In this document: positions 41,635 to 59,290 of the stretch, in pieces | Layout of the letters: the number at the start of each line of letters is the position of its first letter | Position numbering within the stretch: the first letter of the stretch is position 1 | Assembly: GCF_009914755.1 (NCBI RefSeq) | Contig: NC_060932.1 | DNA: 64,000 nt | Source of the DNA: the human T2T-CHM13v2.0 reference genome, Homo sapiens | Strand: one strand, 5' to 3' | The notes under the pieces: generated by a model | Seen by the model: only the letters and a program-made list of their open reading frames with translations | What the model was told of the DNA's origin: nothing | The model's database searches: none | Position numbers and translations under genes: made by a program

Positions 41635-41960
41635 ATGGTAATTTTTGTTTATAAGATTCTTATGAGGATAAATGAAGTAATGTCTGTAAAGGACTTTATA
41701 AAGAGCATAAACACTTATCATAAGATTATTGTTGTTACTATTATTAGAGTGGGCCATAGTGAAAACCAGTATTCTGATTTGTTGGGCCACCTACTGTGTT
41801 TTATTCTTGGCTTTGTCACTAACTTGCTGTGTCACTTTGAGCAATTTATTGGTTCTTTCTCAATCTCAATCTCTTCCTCTCTGAAAGTTTCCAAAGTGAA
41901 CATTAGAGATGGAATTGACTAGAAGATCAGGAAGATCCCAATCAGCTGTAACACCCCTAT
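41635..41960 (+). mobile_element. MIR fragments
   Basis: 'tatgaggataaatgaagtaatgtctgtaaag', 'ggctttgtcactaacttgctgtgtcactttgagcaa'. Confidence 0.6.
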
Positions 41961-43026
41961 GATATAAGGCTGATTAGTATTATCTCAGTATTATTTTTTA
42001 CATTATTGATATTGATATTTTACTTTTATACAGAAGCCACCTTCCAAAGTAGATTTATCATATTCTAATGAGCATTGTGAATGATCTCATTTCAGAGATA
42101 AAAATGTTGAAGGGCTTTAATTATATTTAAAGAAAAACAGCAAAAATGAACTCTTATGATGAAAATCAGTCATCAAAAAAAAAACCTGAGAGATGAGAAA
42201 CTACAACAATTATCCACCCTCCCAACATGTATGCAGCTATTTTGAAAGAAAACATTTGGTACCTGTTGTTAGATTTTGGAAGGTTACACACAAACTTGGA
42301 AAACTGTCTAAAGAAAAGCCAAGGGATTTTTGAGTTTTAATTACTTCTTTTAAAAAGTAAACAGTAGTCAATTAAGGAGCCATAACTTGTCTTCTATTAT
42401 TAAATTAATGGAATCATGCAGTAAAATATCAGTGGAGACTGCGGCATTCACCTGGACAGACACTGCTGTTTTAATTATCTATAGAGTCAAATCTATCCAA
42501 ACAATCACTCTCATAATGTAAGAGAAGGAAAGAAAAACTAAAAACTAGTCCATCTCTAATTTTTCTCATATATCAGGGTTTTTTTAAGTTTACTTGCTCT
42601 TCTTGCCTCCCTGACTCAATTTCATCCCTAGATTATTGCAGCAATATCAGCAACTATTAGTTATTATTTTAGTTCATAACTATTTGTTATTCTTTGGATC
42701 TAAGTTACTAGTATCTAGAGTGGTTCTGAATGACCAGGTATGAGCAGTGTGGAGGATTGGAAAGCACATATTCTGAAGAGGTGTTGAACTGAAACACATC
42801 CTTCTAGGTACTTAGCTGTTTTGTTTCTAACAACTTAAAGATGTTAAAGTATGTTGTTCACATCTGCCTCAATATAAGTGGCAGAAGCAACATTCCTGGT
42901 ATGAAAATATGCACCCAGAGAACTTAAAATTTCCTTGATCAATGTTAACCTGCTGTTGCAGCCAATGACATATCTTTTACCTAGAGCTAGAAGGTACTAA
43001 GGATGAAATCTTGTGGGATTCCCATG

Positions 43027-43449
43027 TAATATAGTCTGAATGTGTGTCTCTGCCCAAATCTCATGTTGAATTCTAATTCCCAATGTTGGAGGTGGGGCCT
43101 TGTGGCAGGTAACTAAATTATAGGGATGAGTTTCTCATGAAGAGTTTAGTACTATCCCCTTGGTACTGTCCTCATGATAGCGAGTGAGTTCTCCTGAGAT
43201 CTAGTCTTTAAAAGCGTGTGATGCTTCGCCCCTCTCTCTCACTCTTGCTTTGGCCGTGTGACGTGGCTACACCCTCTTTGCCTTCCACCATGATTGTAAG
43301 TTTCCTGAGGCCTCCCCAGAAGCTGAGCAGATGCCAGCATCATGCTTCCTCTACAGCCTGCAGAACCATGAGTCAATTAAATCCCCTTCCTTCAAAAATT
43401 AACCATTCTCGGGTATTTCTTTATAGCAACGCAACAATGAATGAATACA
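43027..43449 (+). mobile_element. MSTA-like MaLR solo LTR
   Basis: 'cccaaatctcatgttgaatt', 'gccttccaccatgattgtaagtttcctgaggcctcccca'; ends 'aataca'; perfect 5-nt TSD ccatg at 43022-43026 and 43450-43454. Confidence 0.93.
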
Positions 43450-43760
43450 CCATGGGATGCTGCTGATGTTTGGATATCCTCTCACTTCTAATCCCTGGAA
43501 AGAAAACCTTGCATTCCAGAGCATTCCATCTAAGCAGCTGGAACCACTCCTTAGGTAGGATCTCAGTGGCCCCTGTAACAAGTACTATGATTATAGTGGA
43601 CAAGTACAACTGCTCCTATCTATTCAAATGGAAGAATGAAGGGACAATGTTATAGTTACAAAAAGTGCAAAATTTTATTGCAAAACTTCCTAGTAATGAT
43701 TCTAATTATCTTTATTGAATGTCTGCCATTTTCTAGGCACTGGAGTGGGGGTTGATTTGG

Positions 43761-43796
43761 TTTCCCTTATCTACCTATTCAGGTAGATAAGGGAAA
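43761..43796. repeat. Perfect inverted repeat (16-bp arms, 4-nt loop)
   Basis: tttcccttatctacct-attc-aggtagataagggaaa. Confidence 0.95.
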
Positions 43797-46700
43797 TTTA
43801 CGTGGAAGCTGAAGTTCCTTACTAGAGAGAGCATTATCACCTCTAACTCTGAACCCAGTGGGCACTGCTAGTTTTGTAGTTCCTGGAGTTGCACTCTGCC
43901 TTTTTTTCCTCACACTTATAACTACTTCTCCAGCTCCTGCCCTGGACAGGCCTGCACTGCTCTGGGCATTCTGCCCACTAATGACTAGTTTTTAGCTCAT
44001 TTCCTCCAGAGGCTGCACAGGGAAGAGTGACCTGTGTGGCCTTATCTGTACCATAGATTTTCTTTCTTGTGTCCAGCTGTAATCCCAATTTATATAAACA
44101 TGTCTATACCTGAGACCCCAGTCTTGATACCCCAACATATAACGTCTTGCTAATCACCCTCACATAGCCCTTTAAGAAGGTATTTTATAATTAAGAGACT
44201 TGAAACTGAGAGGCTTACTTGCCCAAGGTGCTTGGGAATGCATTCAGATCCACACTGTGTTTACTGTACTGTGCTGTCTCCATCCCATTGTACATTACTC
44301 ATTTGTAATTCCAGCTGCTTTTGTTTGAGTGACTAGCAAGTGTTCAAGTTTCACTCACATGCCATACTCTTAGAGGAAGTAAATAACGTGTTTCTTGAAC
44401 CTCACTGTGTTCAGGAAGTACTTTATTTAACCTTGCCTGCGGGTTAATGAATCCTTGCTCTGCTTCCTAGGGCTTTATGTATGATTAACCAATATACCTG
44501 ACTATATATTTGAAAAGTTGGCCAAATACTATATCTGGGGCATGGGGTTCCACTGCACTGCAGCAGCGCGTATTTACTTGCTCCCAGGGCTGTCCACTGT
44601 TATGAGAGAGAGAGAATTCCTACTCTGCATTCTACCCCATCACCAACTGCAATGTGAGAAGCGAATCACAATTATTTTCTCAGTCCCTGAAGTATTTGCT
44701 CCAGAAGGCTTTATTTGATGCTAGAAAAAGATTTTCCCATAGGATCAAGCTTGTTTATGGTGGTTAAGAAGACCAAGAGGGGAAGAAAATCTGTTAGGGC
44801 AATGTCAGCTTAAGAGAGAAGCTGAAATTATTTATTTTAGCACCTTATTTCTACATACCCCTCTGTTTGATTAGCTAGACATCTAAATCCATGCAAAGCA
44901 TTGTTTATATAACACAATCTGCAAGATCCTTACAGTCATAGCATCTTCATCCTCCCTCCCCTATGTAGGCTTACACAATTGAGAGGAGACAACTGAAGTC
45001 TCAATTCACGTCTCACATTTCACACAAAGAACATCAGCTTTTTGTATCATTTACTCTTTACAAACATACTATTGATTGCCATAAAAAATTATCTCTGATA
45101 ACACACTCATAACATCCTATCTGTTATTTACCCATCTCTGTGAAACTGATTATGAGATTTTTCCCAGGTGACTAGCAGGAAGCAGGTCTGTTAAGGGCAA
45201 AGGAGGAAGGGGTACAGCTTGTTTTGTGCTGAAAGAAGACCAGAGAAGTCAGTGAAGTCAACCTCCTGGACACAGCTTTTTCCCAAGCTGACCCTGTTGA
45301 CTGAGGAATGCCGAGTTACATTAATGATGGACACTGTCTGCCCATCATGGAAAGCGGAGAGCTACATGTGTGGGAAAGGGTAGTAAACTCCTCCTCCACA
45401 ACTGTGCCTCCTTCCAAGCTTAGATGACAGAATATTAGTGTCTGTTATCCTTACGACATCTCTCCATCTGGTCCTCTCAGGATTTACTTTATGGTCTGTT
45501 TTATTTCCCTTTTACTACTATTAGAAACAAACAGCTGAAAGGATTAATCAAAAATGTTACTGCTTCAAAGAGTAAAAAACATGTTACCTGTTTGACTGGT
45601 GCCCATATATAGTTAAGAGTTTCTGAAGGAAGAAGGGTCACGCTTAATAGATTTGATGAGTCCATTAAGCCTGGCTTCCATCTTGTTGCTTTGTTTGTGC
45701 ATTTATTTCCATTTTGGTATCTTAGCAGTCATCTTCTTTTAGCAAACATTGAGGTTTCAGTCTATTGGGTCAGGGTATTAGCAATACATTAACCAAACCG
45801 TTGAAGACAAGGGGCCAGACATATTCAAAGTGTGATCCGCATTCAATATCACCATTCTCTTGCAATTGCAAAGTTATAGGCATCCTTTGGATTTTTGCAG
45901 CACTTATTTTATAAGAAAAGGAGTAAATAAGGCCACATCTCTGGGATATGCTTTGAGATGTTTAAGATTGGGAACATTTTCAGGCTGTCTCAATACTGGA
46001 AATTTGTTGTCCTTTTTTTTCACACATTTTCTCCCTCTTATACTACTCTTTACCAAAAGGTGGGTAAAGATAAGGAGATGAAAAAAATGTTGCTTAAGTT
46101 TTTGGTTGCCAGCTCTGTTTTAAGCCTGACATAGAAGGGGGTTGAAATTTATTTTCATCATTCAGTTAAGAGCTATTCTTGGCTTTCACAAATCTCAGTC
46201 CTAATTCTGTTATTGTTTCAGATAATGTAGAATTTGTCACATTGGCTAAAAAAACAACTCCACTAAATCAGGACATTAGTTTTACATTTCACTGTGCTAC
46301 ATTCTAAAATAAAATGACCATTTGTGCTGGGGATGATTTTAGAAAAGCGAATAAGTAATATAAAGTTTTCCTGGTTTTCTCATGGGCAGCCTAGAAAAAT
46401 GCCACACCAAGACTCAAGAAATTACATTCTGAATTTTGCATGAAGATAAGACTTGAAGAAATCTTATTTCAACTTATACTTTCCTCAGTTTATGTCCTGT
46501 AGGAGGACCCTGTAGAGGGGGAATGCAGAAGACCAGAGGGAAGAAAATAGATGGTGTCAATTGTTATCAACACACGATAGTATCACATTTTTATTGAGAT
46601 ATAATTTATATATAATAAAATATGAGAGTTAAAGTATTAAATTCAATAAATTTTGACAGGTGTATATACTTGTGAACAAAACTTCATTAAGATACAGATG

Positions 46701-46890
46701 AATTCTGTCATTCTAGAAATTTCTTTATGCACCTTCCCATCCTTTCAGAAAATTCCTCATGCCCCTCACTCCTCCTTCTCCTCTATCACTCATAGAGGCA
46801 ACCACTGATTTCTGTCACTATAGTTTAGTGTTAGCTGTTCTCGAACTTCATATAAATGGAAACATACAGTGGGTACTGTGTTGTGCCTGG

Positions 46891-47418
46891 ATTTATTTAT
46901 TTATTTATTTATTACACCTTTAAGTTGTGGGATACATGTGCAGAACGTGCAGGTTTGTTACATAGGTATACACGTGCCATGGTGGTTTGCTACACCCATC
47001 AACCTGTCAACTACATTAGGTGTTTCTCCTAATGTTATCCTTCCCCTAGACTCCCACCCCACAAAAGGCCCCGGTGTGTGATGTTCCCCGCTCTGTGTCC
47101 ATGTGTTCTCATTGTTCAACTCCCACTTATGAGTGAGAATGTGCAGTGTTTGGTTTTCTGTTCCTGTGTTAGTTTGCTGAGAATGATGCAATCCCATTAC
47201 TGGGTATATACCCAAAGGATTATAAATCATTCTCCTATAAAGACACATGCACATGTATGTCTACTGCAGCACTCTTCACGATAGCAAAGACTTGGAACCA
47301 ACTCAAATGCCCATCAATGATACACTGAATAAAGAAACTGTGGCACATACACACCATGGAATACTGTGCAGCCATAAAAAAGGATGAGTTCATGTCCTTT
47401 TCAAGGACATGGATGAAG
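46891..47418 (-). mobile_element. L1PA7-like insertion with 5' inversion
   Basis: Antisense 3'UTR 46891-47187, sense segment 47188-47418; TSD gtgcctggatt at 46883-46893 and 47418-47428. Confidence 0.92.
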
Positions 47419-48947
47419 TGCCTGGATTATTTAGCTTGGTGTAATGGTTTTGAGATTTATCTGGGTTGTTACATGTACTAGTAGTTTATATCTTCCATTG
47501 TGTGAGTATGCCACACAATGGATATTTGGGTTGTTTCCAGTTTGGGAATATTATGAAGGTGCCATGAACATTCATGTACAATTTTTTATGCCAATTGGCT
47601 TTAATGTCTCTTGAGTGAGTACTTAGAAATGGGACGGCTAGAGCATAAGCTAGGTGCATATTTAGATTTATGAGAAGTGGTTAGTTTTCCAAATTGGTTA
47701 TACCATTCTTCACTACCTGTTACCCACTGAATGACATACTCTGTGTTCTAGCCAATGCTTTAATGTTATTTACCTTTTTAATATGTTAAAGGGTGTGTAG
47801 TAGTAACTCACTGTGGTTTTAAATGGCATTTCTCTGATGAATAATGATGTTGGATAACTTTTCTTCTGCTTATTGGCTACTTACACATCTTCCTTTGTAA
47901 AATATCTATGTCTTTTCACTCATTTTAAAAGTGAATTTGTCTTCTTATAGATTTCATACATGTTCCTTACGTATTGTGGATATGATTCTAATATGGGAAT
48001 TGTGAATATTCTCTCCCAGAATGTAGCTTGCCTTTTCAATTTCTTAAAGGATGTCTTTTGAAGAGAATAATTTTAAAATATTGATAAACCCTATTTTATC
48101 AGTGTTTTCTGTTATCATTAGTTTTAGCATACTGTCTAAGAACTATTTGCCTATCAAGTTTATGATATAATCTCTTTTTTTTTCTTCTAGGATCTTCAGA
48201 CTTTTAGCTTATACATTTATGGCTTATATAATCCATCTCAAGTAAATCTTCATGTATAGTATAAGGTCAAGATTAATTTCCTTTTCATATACATATCCAC
48301 TTATTCTAGTACATTCATCAAAAAGATGTTTCTCTCCACATTTAATTGCACTGGTGCCTTTTACAAAAGCCATAAGTCACTTATATAAGTGTGAGTTTAT
48401 TGATGGACTCCATATTTTGTTGTCTATTTGTCTACTGTATGCCAGTACCATACTCTTAGTTAAATTTTAAAGTTAGTTAGCATACGTTCTCTAACTTTGT
48501 TTTTCTCTTTTAAGATGTTTTAGCAATTTGAAATCCTTTAAAACTACATATGAATTTTAACATCAGCTTATCAATTTCTTAAAAAGCTGGCTCAGAGTTT
48601 GATTGGTATTGCTTTGAGTCTATAGGTTAATTTAGGGAGAATTAATATGTTTACAACATTTAGTTTTGCAACCCGTGAGTCTATTATCTCTCTCAATTTA
48701 TTTAGATCATCACTAATTTATCTCACCAATGTTTTGTAGTTTCAGTGAAGATAGCCTAAGTCTTTTATTAAATGTATTCACAAGCGTTTTCTAGTCTTTG
48801 ATATTGTAAATTGTATAGAATTTTAAATTTAACTTTCAACTTGTTTTTAATGGTTAGTAGCAGTTACTTCCTCCTCTGATATCCTGAACCGCTCAAAGTT
48901 ACCCATGCGGATTGGAATCAACTTTGTCCAAACTCTTGTAAATGTTA

Positions 48948-50320
<1,373 letters not shown>

Positions 50321-50919
50321 TAAAGTGAAAGTTGTGTGACTCTTCCTTTCACTTGAAAACTTAGAGGTTCCTGGAGGGTTATTAATTGTTTTAATTTCAC
50401 TATTGTTTTGTCTCAGGGAATAGGGAGGCCAGAGGAGAGGGAGTGAGATAAGGAACAGACAGTTTGTGGAGCAGTTAGAACACACATAACATTTGTTAAG
50501 TTGACCATCTTGCGTGGGAGTGATTTGTGGTGCCCCAAAGCCATTATGGTAGTAACATGAAAGATCATTGATCACAGATTACCATAACAAATATAATGAT
50601 AAAAATAATGTTTGAAATATTGTTAGAATTACCAAAATGTGACACGGAGAGATGAAGGAAGCACATGCTGTTGGAAAAATGATGCTGATAGACTTGCTGA
50701 ATGCAGGGTTGCCACAAAGATTTAATAGGTAAAAAATACAGTATCTTTCAAGTACAATAAAATGAGGTAGCTTCTATGTCCTTGTATGTTTCATGGGACT
50801 TTCTATGTGCACCATTATGTCTTCTGTGAATAAAGGCAGTTTAACGTCTTTGACAATTTTTTTGTATAGCATTGAAAAAGTTTATTTTGAGTTAAAAATG
50901 TGTCCTTGTAAATTTCTTT

Positions 50920-51445
50920 TCTTTTTTTAAAAATTTCTTCTAAAAAAACAGGGTACATGTGCAGAACATGCAAGTTGGTTACATAGGTATACATGTGACA
51001 TGGTGGTTTGCTGCACCTATTGACCAGTCCTGTAAGTTCCCTTCCCTCAACAGGCCCTGATGTGTGTCATTCCCCTCTTTGTGTCCATGTATTCTCATTG
51101 TTCAACTCCCACTTACGTGTGAGAACATGTGGTGTCTGGTTTTCTGTTCCTGTTTTAGTTTGCTGAGGATGATAGCTTCCAGCTTCATCCATGTACCTGC
51201 AGAAGACATTATCTCATTCCTTTTTATGGCTGCAAAGTATTCCATGGTGTATGTGTGTCACATTTCCTTTATCCAGTCTGTCACTGATGGGCATATGGAC
51301 TGGTTCCATGTCTTTGCTATTGTAAATAGTGCTGCAATAAACATATGTGTGCATGTGTCTTTATAGTAGAATGATTTATATGCCTATGTATATATACCCA
51401 GTAATGGGATTGCTGAGTCAAATGGTATTTCTGGTTCTAGATCCT
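50920..51445 (-). mobile_element. 5'-truncated L1PA8-like element
   Basis: 'tggtggtttgctgcacctattgacc...taagttccct', 'gtcaaatggtatttctggttctagatcc'. Confidence 0.88.
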
Positions 51446-52507
51446 AGTTATGCCTTAAACTTTTTTTTTCTGTCTAATTGCTCTAGCTAGGGCCTCTAGT
51501 TACAATGCTGGATAGCAGTGATGAGGTCAGATAATATAGTAATTATTAAAACTTCCCATATAAAGAATTCTTGATCCAGATAGCTTCATTAATTCTCTAA
51601 ATATTTAAGAAAAAAAGATACTAATCTTATGCAATTTATTTAAGAAAATAATGGAGAAAAGAACACTTCCCAGCTTGTTTTATGAGGCTAGCATTACTTG
51701 ACATGAAAACCTGACAAGGACATTATTAGAAAAGAAATCATGGACCAATAATGTTATGAGCATAGACATAAAAATTCGTAATAAAACGTTAGAAAATTAA
51801 ACCCAGTGATATGCATAAAGACAAATTTACCAGGGAATGCAAGGTTAGTTTCATATTTGAAAATCAGTAGTGCAAGTCATCATATTTAACAGAATAAAGG
51901 AGAAAAATCATATAATCATCTCAATAGATGCTGAAAAGCGTTTGAAAAAAAGGTAACTCCTGTTCATGATTAAATCTCTCAGCAAACTTGGAATAGAAGA
52001 GATATTTCTCATTTGATAAAGGAAATCTATAATAAACCTACAGCAAACAACACATATAATGATGAAACATTAAAACATTTCTCTGTGGAATTTGATCTTA
52101 CTTGCTTATACTTTCATTAAATGCATATATGACATTTTGTAAAATCTCAGTTGCTATTATTGTATTATTATGACCTACATTTAGTTAGATGAAAAACACT
52201 TTTCTGGTACCCAACAATTTGTCATTGCCGTTTAGATACCATTTAACAGTTTTTCTGTTGCATCTACAAGCTGGGTCCACACCAGATTGGGAGCACACTC
52301 CAAAGCAGGACTTCTCTGTTTAGCTTCCCCTTTTCCATGTTTAAAAACTTTCAACTGTCAGAAAAATACAGGGAAAAATGTTGTATCATGAAACCAAGTA
52401 ATGGTTCTTCTATTAACTCAAATACTAAAGTATGACTATTTGATTAGGGATGCTAGATGTGAGAATGGAAATAAAGGGATACAAGAGGCATTTAAAAATA
52501 GATAGTT

Positions 52508-54415
<1,908 letters not shown>

Positions 54416-54539
54416 TGTAGTTTTCCAAACTTGGAAACTCTTCTGCACTCTAGCTGCCTTCACATGGGCAAGTGTTTTCATATCATTCTGTGTTCCTCTG
54501 TATGCTTTGCCAGAAAGGAGTTCACCTTAAATTTTAAGA

Positions 54540-54800
54540 CAATGTTGTGGATAGAGAAAAGAAAAACTTTCTGTGTCATGGAAAAGAGGTCAGAATTTGG
54601 GCCAAGATTTTACTCCTGGCTCTTTTATCAGGCCAGGATTTTACTCCTGGCTCCTTCTATCCTTTGCATAGTGAGATCATATTCTCTTTGAGTCTGTTTC
54701 TTCATTTACAAATAGAAGAAAAATAGCTGCAGTGATGATCAGGTGACTTGATAGAGGAAATGCTTAGTCAATGTAATTGGTTTATAGATAGTAATTAATG
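54540..54800 (+). mobile_element. MIR containing a roughly 31-nt diverged tandem duplication (54600-54661)
   Basis: 'ctttgagtctgtttcttcatttacaaatag'; ggccaagattttactcctggctc / ggccaggattttactcctggctc. Confidence 0.65.
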
Positions 54801-56397
54801 TGAGAGTTTTCCCCAGATTTTTATAGTCTTCCTTTATCATTTATTGCTTTACCACAATAAGTCATTTGTCAAGGAGGAACACGTATATTTCCCTAGAGAA
54901 CACACCGATATGAGAACATACGAAGCCTACACTCCTCATTCAGGAACAGGCAAGAGACAAGTGTACATCTAGTTCCACCAAGAAAACACACACACACATT
55001 AACATACCAGTAATAGTAAGAAAGCTTTTATGGAGATTCTGAAACATCTATTAGACCTTGAAAGATAACTTAGTATTTACATGGGAGGAGACACACTTCA
55101 ACCTACCACGTTAAAAAAGATCCCCTGAGTTGTATCCTGAGCTGTCGTAGATAAGTGTCTTCACCCCTCTGTTACTAGCCTGTGTTCAGTCTAGTAAAAA
55201 GCCTGCAATGAGAAAGGAACAATGACTTCTTTGGAAAGAGAAAAGTGTATATGTTTTGGGGTGGGATTAAGAGAAACAGAGAAACCAAATGTTCCTATGG
55301 GAAGCTGGAACTTACTCAGCATTCACTTGAGAGGAAGGACAACAAGCCCCTGTGCAAACCCCTAGGAAATGTCAGTAGAGTCAATTTCTGAAAAATAGAT
55401 AAACAGCTTGGTAAAGTAAGCTAAAGAATAATAGTGATACATCCCAGATTTTCCAGGATATTTCTGATTGAAATTGTCCAATTCATTTTTGGTGATGTTT
55501 TAATTTTTGATTTGGGAAACACGAACACTATACTTCTATGTTTAGCTTTAGTGATTTTTCTGCCACAAGCAATACTCTAGACTTTAGTTGAGTTTTTCCC
55601 TCTTAATTAAATAATTCTTATTTGAATATATTTATGTTTATTTTAAAAAAGGCTACTGAGTACGAGATTACCACTTGTTACGATCTTGCTCCTTGGAGCA
55701 GAACGTGACATCTCATATGTATATATACTTAGCTCTCTTGGGCAAAAGCTTCTCCCTTTGTTCCACATGGTCATCTGAACATTCCGTGAAGCATTTCTAT
55801 CCTCCCAGGATGTTTTATTTCTTGTTTTCATGGGTGAAGAGAGACTGTTTTATAAAAGTTTTCAAATACTTACTGGATTTGTATCCTAAAGGGAGAAAGC
55901 AGCAGGTCATTTTTTTTTTCTTTCAAGGGCTTGCTGTAAGTTGGTCTTCCTCTTAACACGAAGAAAAGAATGACATTCTTCATGACCGCCATTGTGAGTA
56001 GGCTGTATTACATTAAAGCCCCATTATTAGCAGGCTGTGCCTTGGCTGATTTTATAGAGAGCTCAGGAACAGAAGTGTAGAACAAAAACACTGATATTTT
56101 TCACTGGCACAAACTGCAGATACTTTACTTGTTGATTAATTTGTTAAAATGTGTGGCAGAACATTTAGTTATCAGGTAGTCATTCTGAGTAAACTAGAGT
56201 CCTATGCTCCTTTAACAATGGAAAAATTATATTTTCCTTTTTCTAATATCCCAGTGTTGTATGTATGCTCATTTATGTTCTTGGTTTAACAGGAACATTG
56301 AACATTCCCTCACTTTGAATCTACTCTAACTCCTGTGTTTGTGTATTTTCACCACAGTAAGCCATAATATATAAAATAGAACAATTAAGAAAACCTT

Positions 56398-56706
56398 AGC
56401 CAGCACGGTGGCTCTTGCCTATAATCCCAGTACTTTGGGAGGCTGAGGCAGGTGGATCACTTGAGGTCAGGAGTTCCAGACCAGCTTTCCCAACATGCGG
56501 AAACCCCGTCTCTACTAAAAATACAAAAATGAGCTGGGCGTGGTGGCAGTTACCTGTAATCCCAGCTACTCAGGAGGCTAAGGCTGGAGAATTGATTGAA
56601 CCTGGAGGCGGAGGTTGCAGTGAGCCGAGATTGTGCCATTGTGCCATTACACTCCAGCCTGGGTGACAAGAGCAAAACTCTTTCTCAAAAAAAAAAAAAA
56701 AAAAAA
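56398..56706 (+). mobile_element. AluS (Sq/Sp-like)
   Basis: Full dimer, 'gacaagagcaaaactc', poly-A; 8-nt duplication attgtgcc. Confidence 0.95.
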
Positions 56707-57854
56707 CTTAAGTAATCTTCATAAGTAAATGATATATACTTAAATACAAATTATCACATTTATAAAAGAAATTTTCTGTATTTGTCCAACATCGGTCAAA
56801 TTCCTTAATCTTATAACAATTGACACAAGAACAAGAACTGCCACCCAGTCCACATTTATCTTCTCTATCATATTTAAGATATTGCAGGGCTGGAGTATCT
56901 TCTTAGGATATACTTTCATCACAACAGATAACCTATTACATCAGAGATTCAAAGAAGTAGAATGGGAGAGAGAAGGAGTTATATTTTTTTTACCCTAAAT
57001 GATGTCATCAAGTCACTATGCTAATGGAGATTGCTGCACTTGAGATTATGTGCCTTACAAAATAATTTAATAATGACTTTAGACAGCTGATATTTCCCAT
57101 ATAGAAAATAAGAATTCAGCTTATTTATATTCTGGAAAGAACCATATCTGCTGCTTAGAGTGAAGCAGACCTGCAGTTTACACAACAGTTGAGAATAATC
57201 TTGTTTACCAAGCTCTTTGGATAAATAGAAAAATATCCACCTTATCTTGAGTTGCTGTGGTAATCAGCTGAATTAGTTTACTACTTAAGCTCTCTGGAAG
57301 ATGATTGGTGCATCATCTGTGAAGATGACTGGAATGTTAGCCCACTGAAGTTATAACTTGTGGAACACTGTTCAAATTACCGAAAAGAGTAAATCAACTA
57401 TCTGCTGGTACTCAGTTCTCAGGGAGCAGTTTACACCTTGAAAAATCAGATCCAACACATACTAACCATAGTTTCTCATGTTATGATTTCTGGTGGAATT
57501 CCTTTAGACTCAGCCTTATTCTTCAAGATACTGAATTTTTGGGAACCCTAAGTACAGTTTCTCCTTCTTACATAGAGACTTGATGTTCCTAACTGGTCGC
57601 AAACTTGGGTTCATCAGAAGAATCTGCTCCCCTTGTGAGCACAAATAATATCTCAGTGAAGAGAAAGACACTGTCATAGAAGAGTCAACATTTATGGAAT
57701 TTCCTGGAATCCACAGTTATCTTAAACTCTGTTCCACTTTCTCTGGACACCAGCTACCTTCAATAGTGCCAGGTTCAGTGTCTAACCATGGAGTATCTCA
57801 TAGTTGGACTGGGTGAGTGCAGATGCAGTTGCATGAGATTTTGAAACATCACAT

Positions 57855-58050
57855 TATAAAAAAAAATTTTCAGGTATGCAAAAGGCAGGAGAGAACATGT
57901 ACTCCTTACCCTGCTTTAAAAATTTCTCAACATTTTGCCAATTTTGTGTCATCTATTCCCCCCAATCATAACATTTTTTGCTGAAATATTGTAAAGCAAA
58001 TCCAAAACATTATTTCATTTTACCTATAAATACTTCAATAATTTACATGG
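57855..58050 (-). mobile_element. Old L1M 3' terminal fragment
   Basis: 'caacattttgccaattttgtgtcatcta', 'aaagcaaatccaaaacattatttcattttacctataaatacttca'. Confidence 0.6.
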
Positions 58051-59290
58051 GTTTTTAATGGCTTGCTATTTATTTTCAGGGTTTCTTTTAGTATCTTTGA
58101 CCTCTGTCACAGCTCATCTTGCAAGGTTGCCTATCTCATTGTCAGAGAGCTCTAGCTAAAGCTCATTCATCGTTTTGTGAACTATGAGGCCACATATTCT
58201 GTGTTGACCCAAGTTGGGCCAGAAAGACAGTTTTCAAGAGGGCATGGCTTCTAGGTCTCTGCCGCAGCTTGTCCACTTTCTTTCATTGTCAGCTACTAGA
58301 ACTATGGCAGCCCATGCTGGGATATAATTTTTCATTGGGCACAGAAAAAGAGGGTGGCGTTAGGCAGAATCAAAAGTAGGAGCTAAGAAAATGAAAAAGA
58401 CAAGGCAGAAAATATGCCAAAGGTGCATATTTAAGGGATAAGGGGAGGAATCTGTGATGTTGAGGATGAGTCCCCTTGAAGTAGGGGTGCACACAAGAGT
58501 CTCCCGACTTGTGAATTACTAAGGACACCAATGGTGAACTAATTTATAATAGTTGTCTCCTGTGACTGAGAAGGCTGAGAGTGGGGATTATCAGTAAGAA
58601 AATAGCTCAGAGGCAACCAAGTTGTATGGATCTTTAGAAAGGGAAGCAAGGAAATAGACAAAGGACAACTTCACTGAAAACATTTATGAAGTATTCAGTA
58701 ATGTTTTAACTTCTTTTTAATGAGAAACAGCAAACCCTAAGGGGAAACACTCTGGGGTGTTTATGTCCAGGGTCAGCAAGGCTCCAGGGTTATGTCTTAT
58801 TCAGACATATTCAGGAGTACCGGGGAGAGAGAATACTCCAGGAAATAGGTGTTGGCATCTGTGGAAAGGAGAGAAAGTCAGACTGTATCCTAGAGTCTTA
58901 GGGATAAATATAGAGTGGAAAACATGAAATCATCTTGTGAACACAGGGCAGCTATTGAGGCTTGGCAGGTAGGTTGGGGTTATTGTGAAAAAGTTCCCAG
59001 CAATCCAAAGAGATGTTTTATCTTTGACATTGTGCCGCCTGTGCCTTGAGTTAGAAAGGTACACACACGTGTGAGTTAAGAAAAACTTCTGATACTAAAT
59101 TATTTATAGTTAAACCTCTAGTAAAACCCTGAATTCAAAAATATTTGTAGCAGAATACAAATATTCTTTTTGTTTTGTCATTTATCCTGGTAAAAGTCAA
59201 GTTGCTGCAGCGTGATGGTTCTGGTACTGAAATGGTCTTAGGAAAGTGGAGGAGGAGTGGAGTTACATGTTTTTAAAAACTTGTTTTGTG

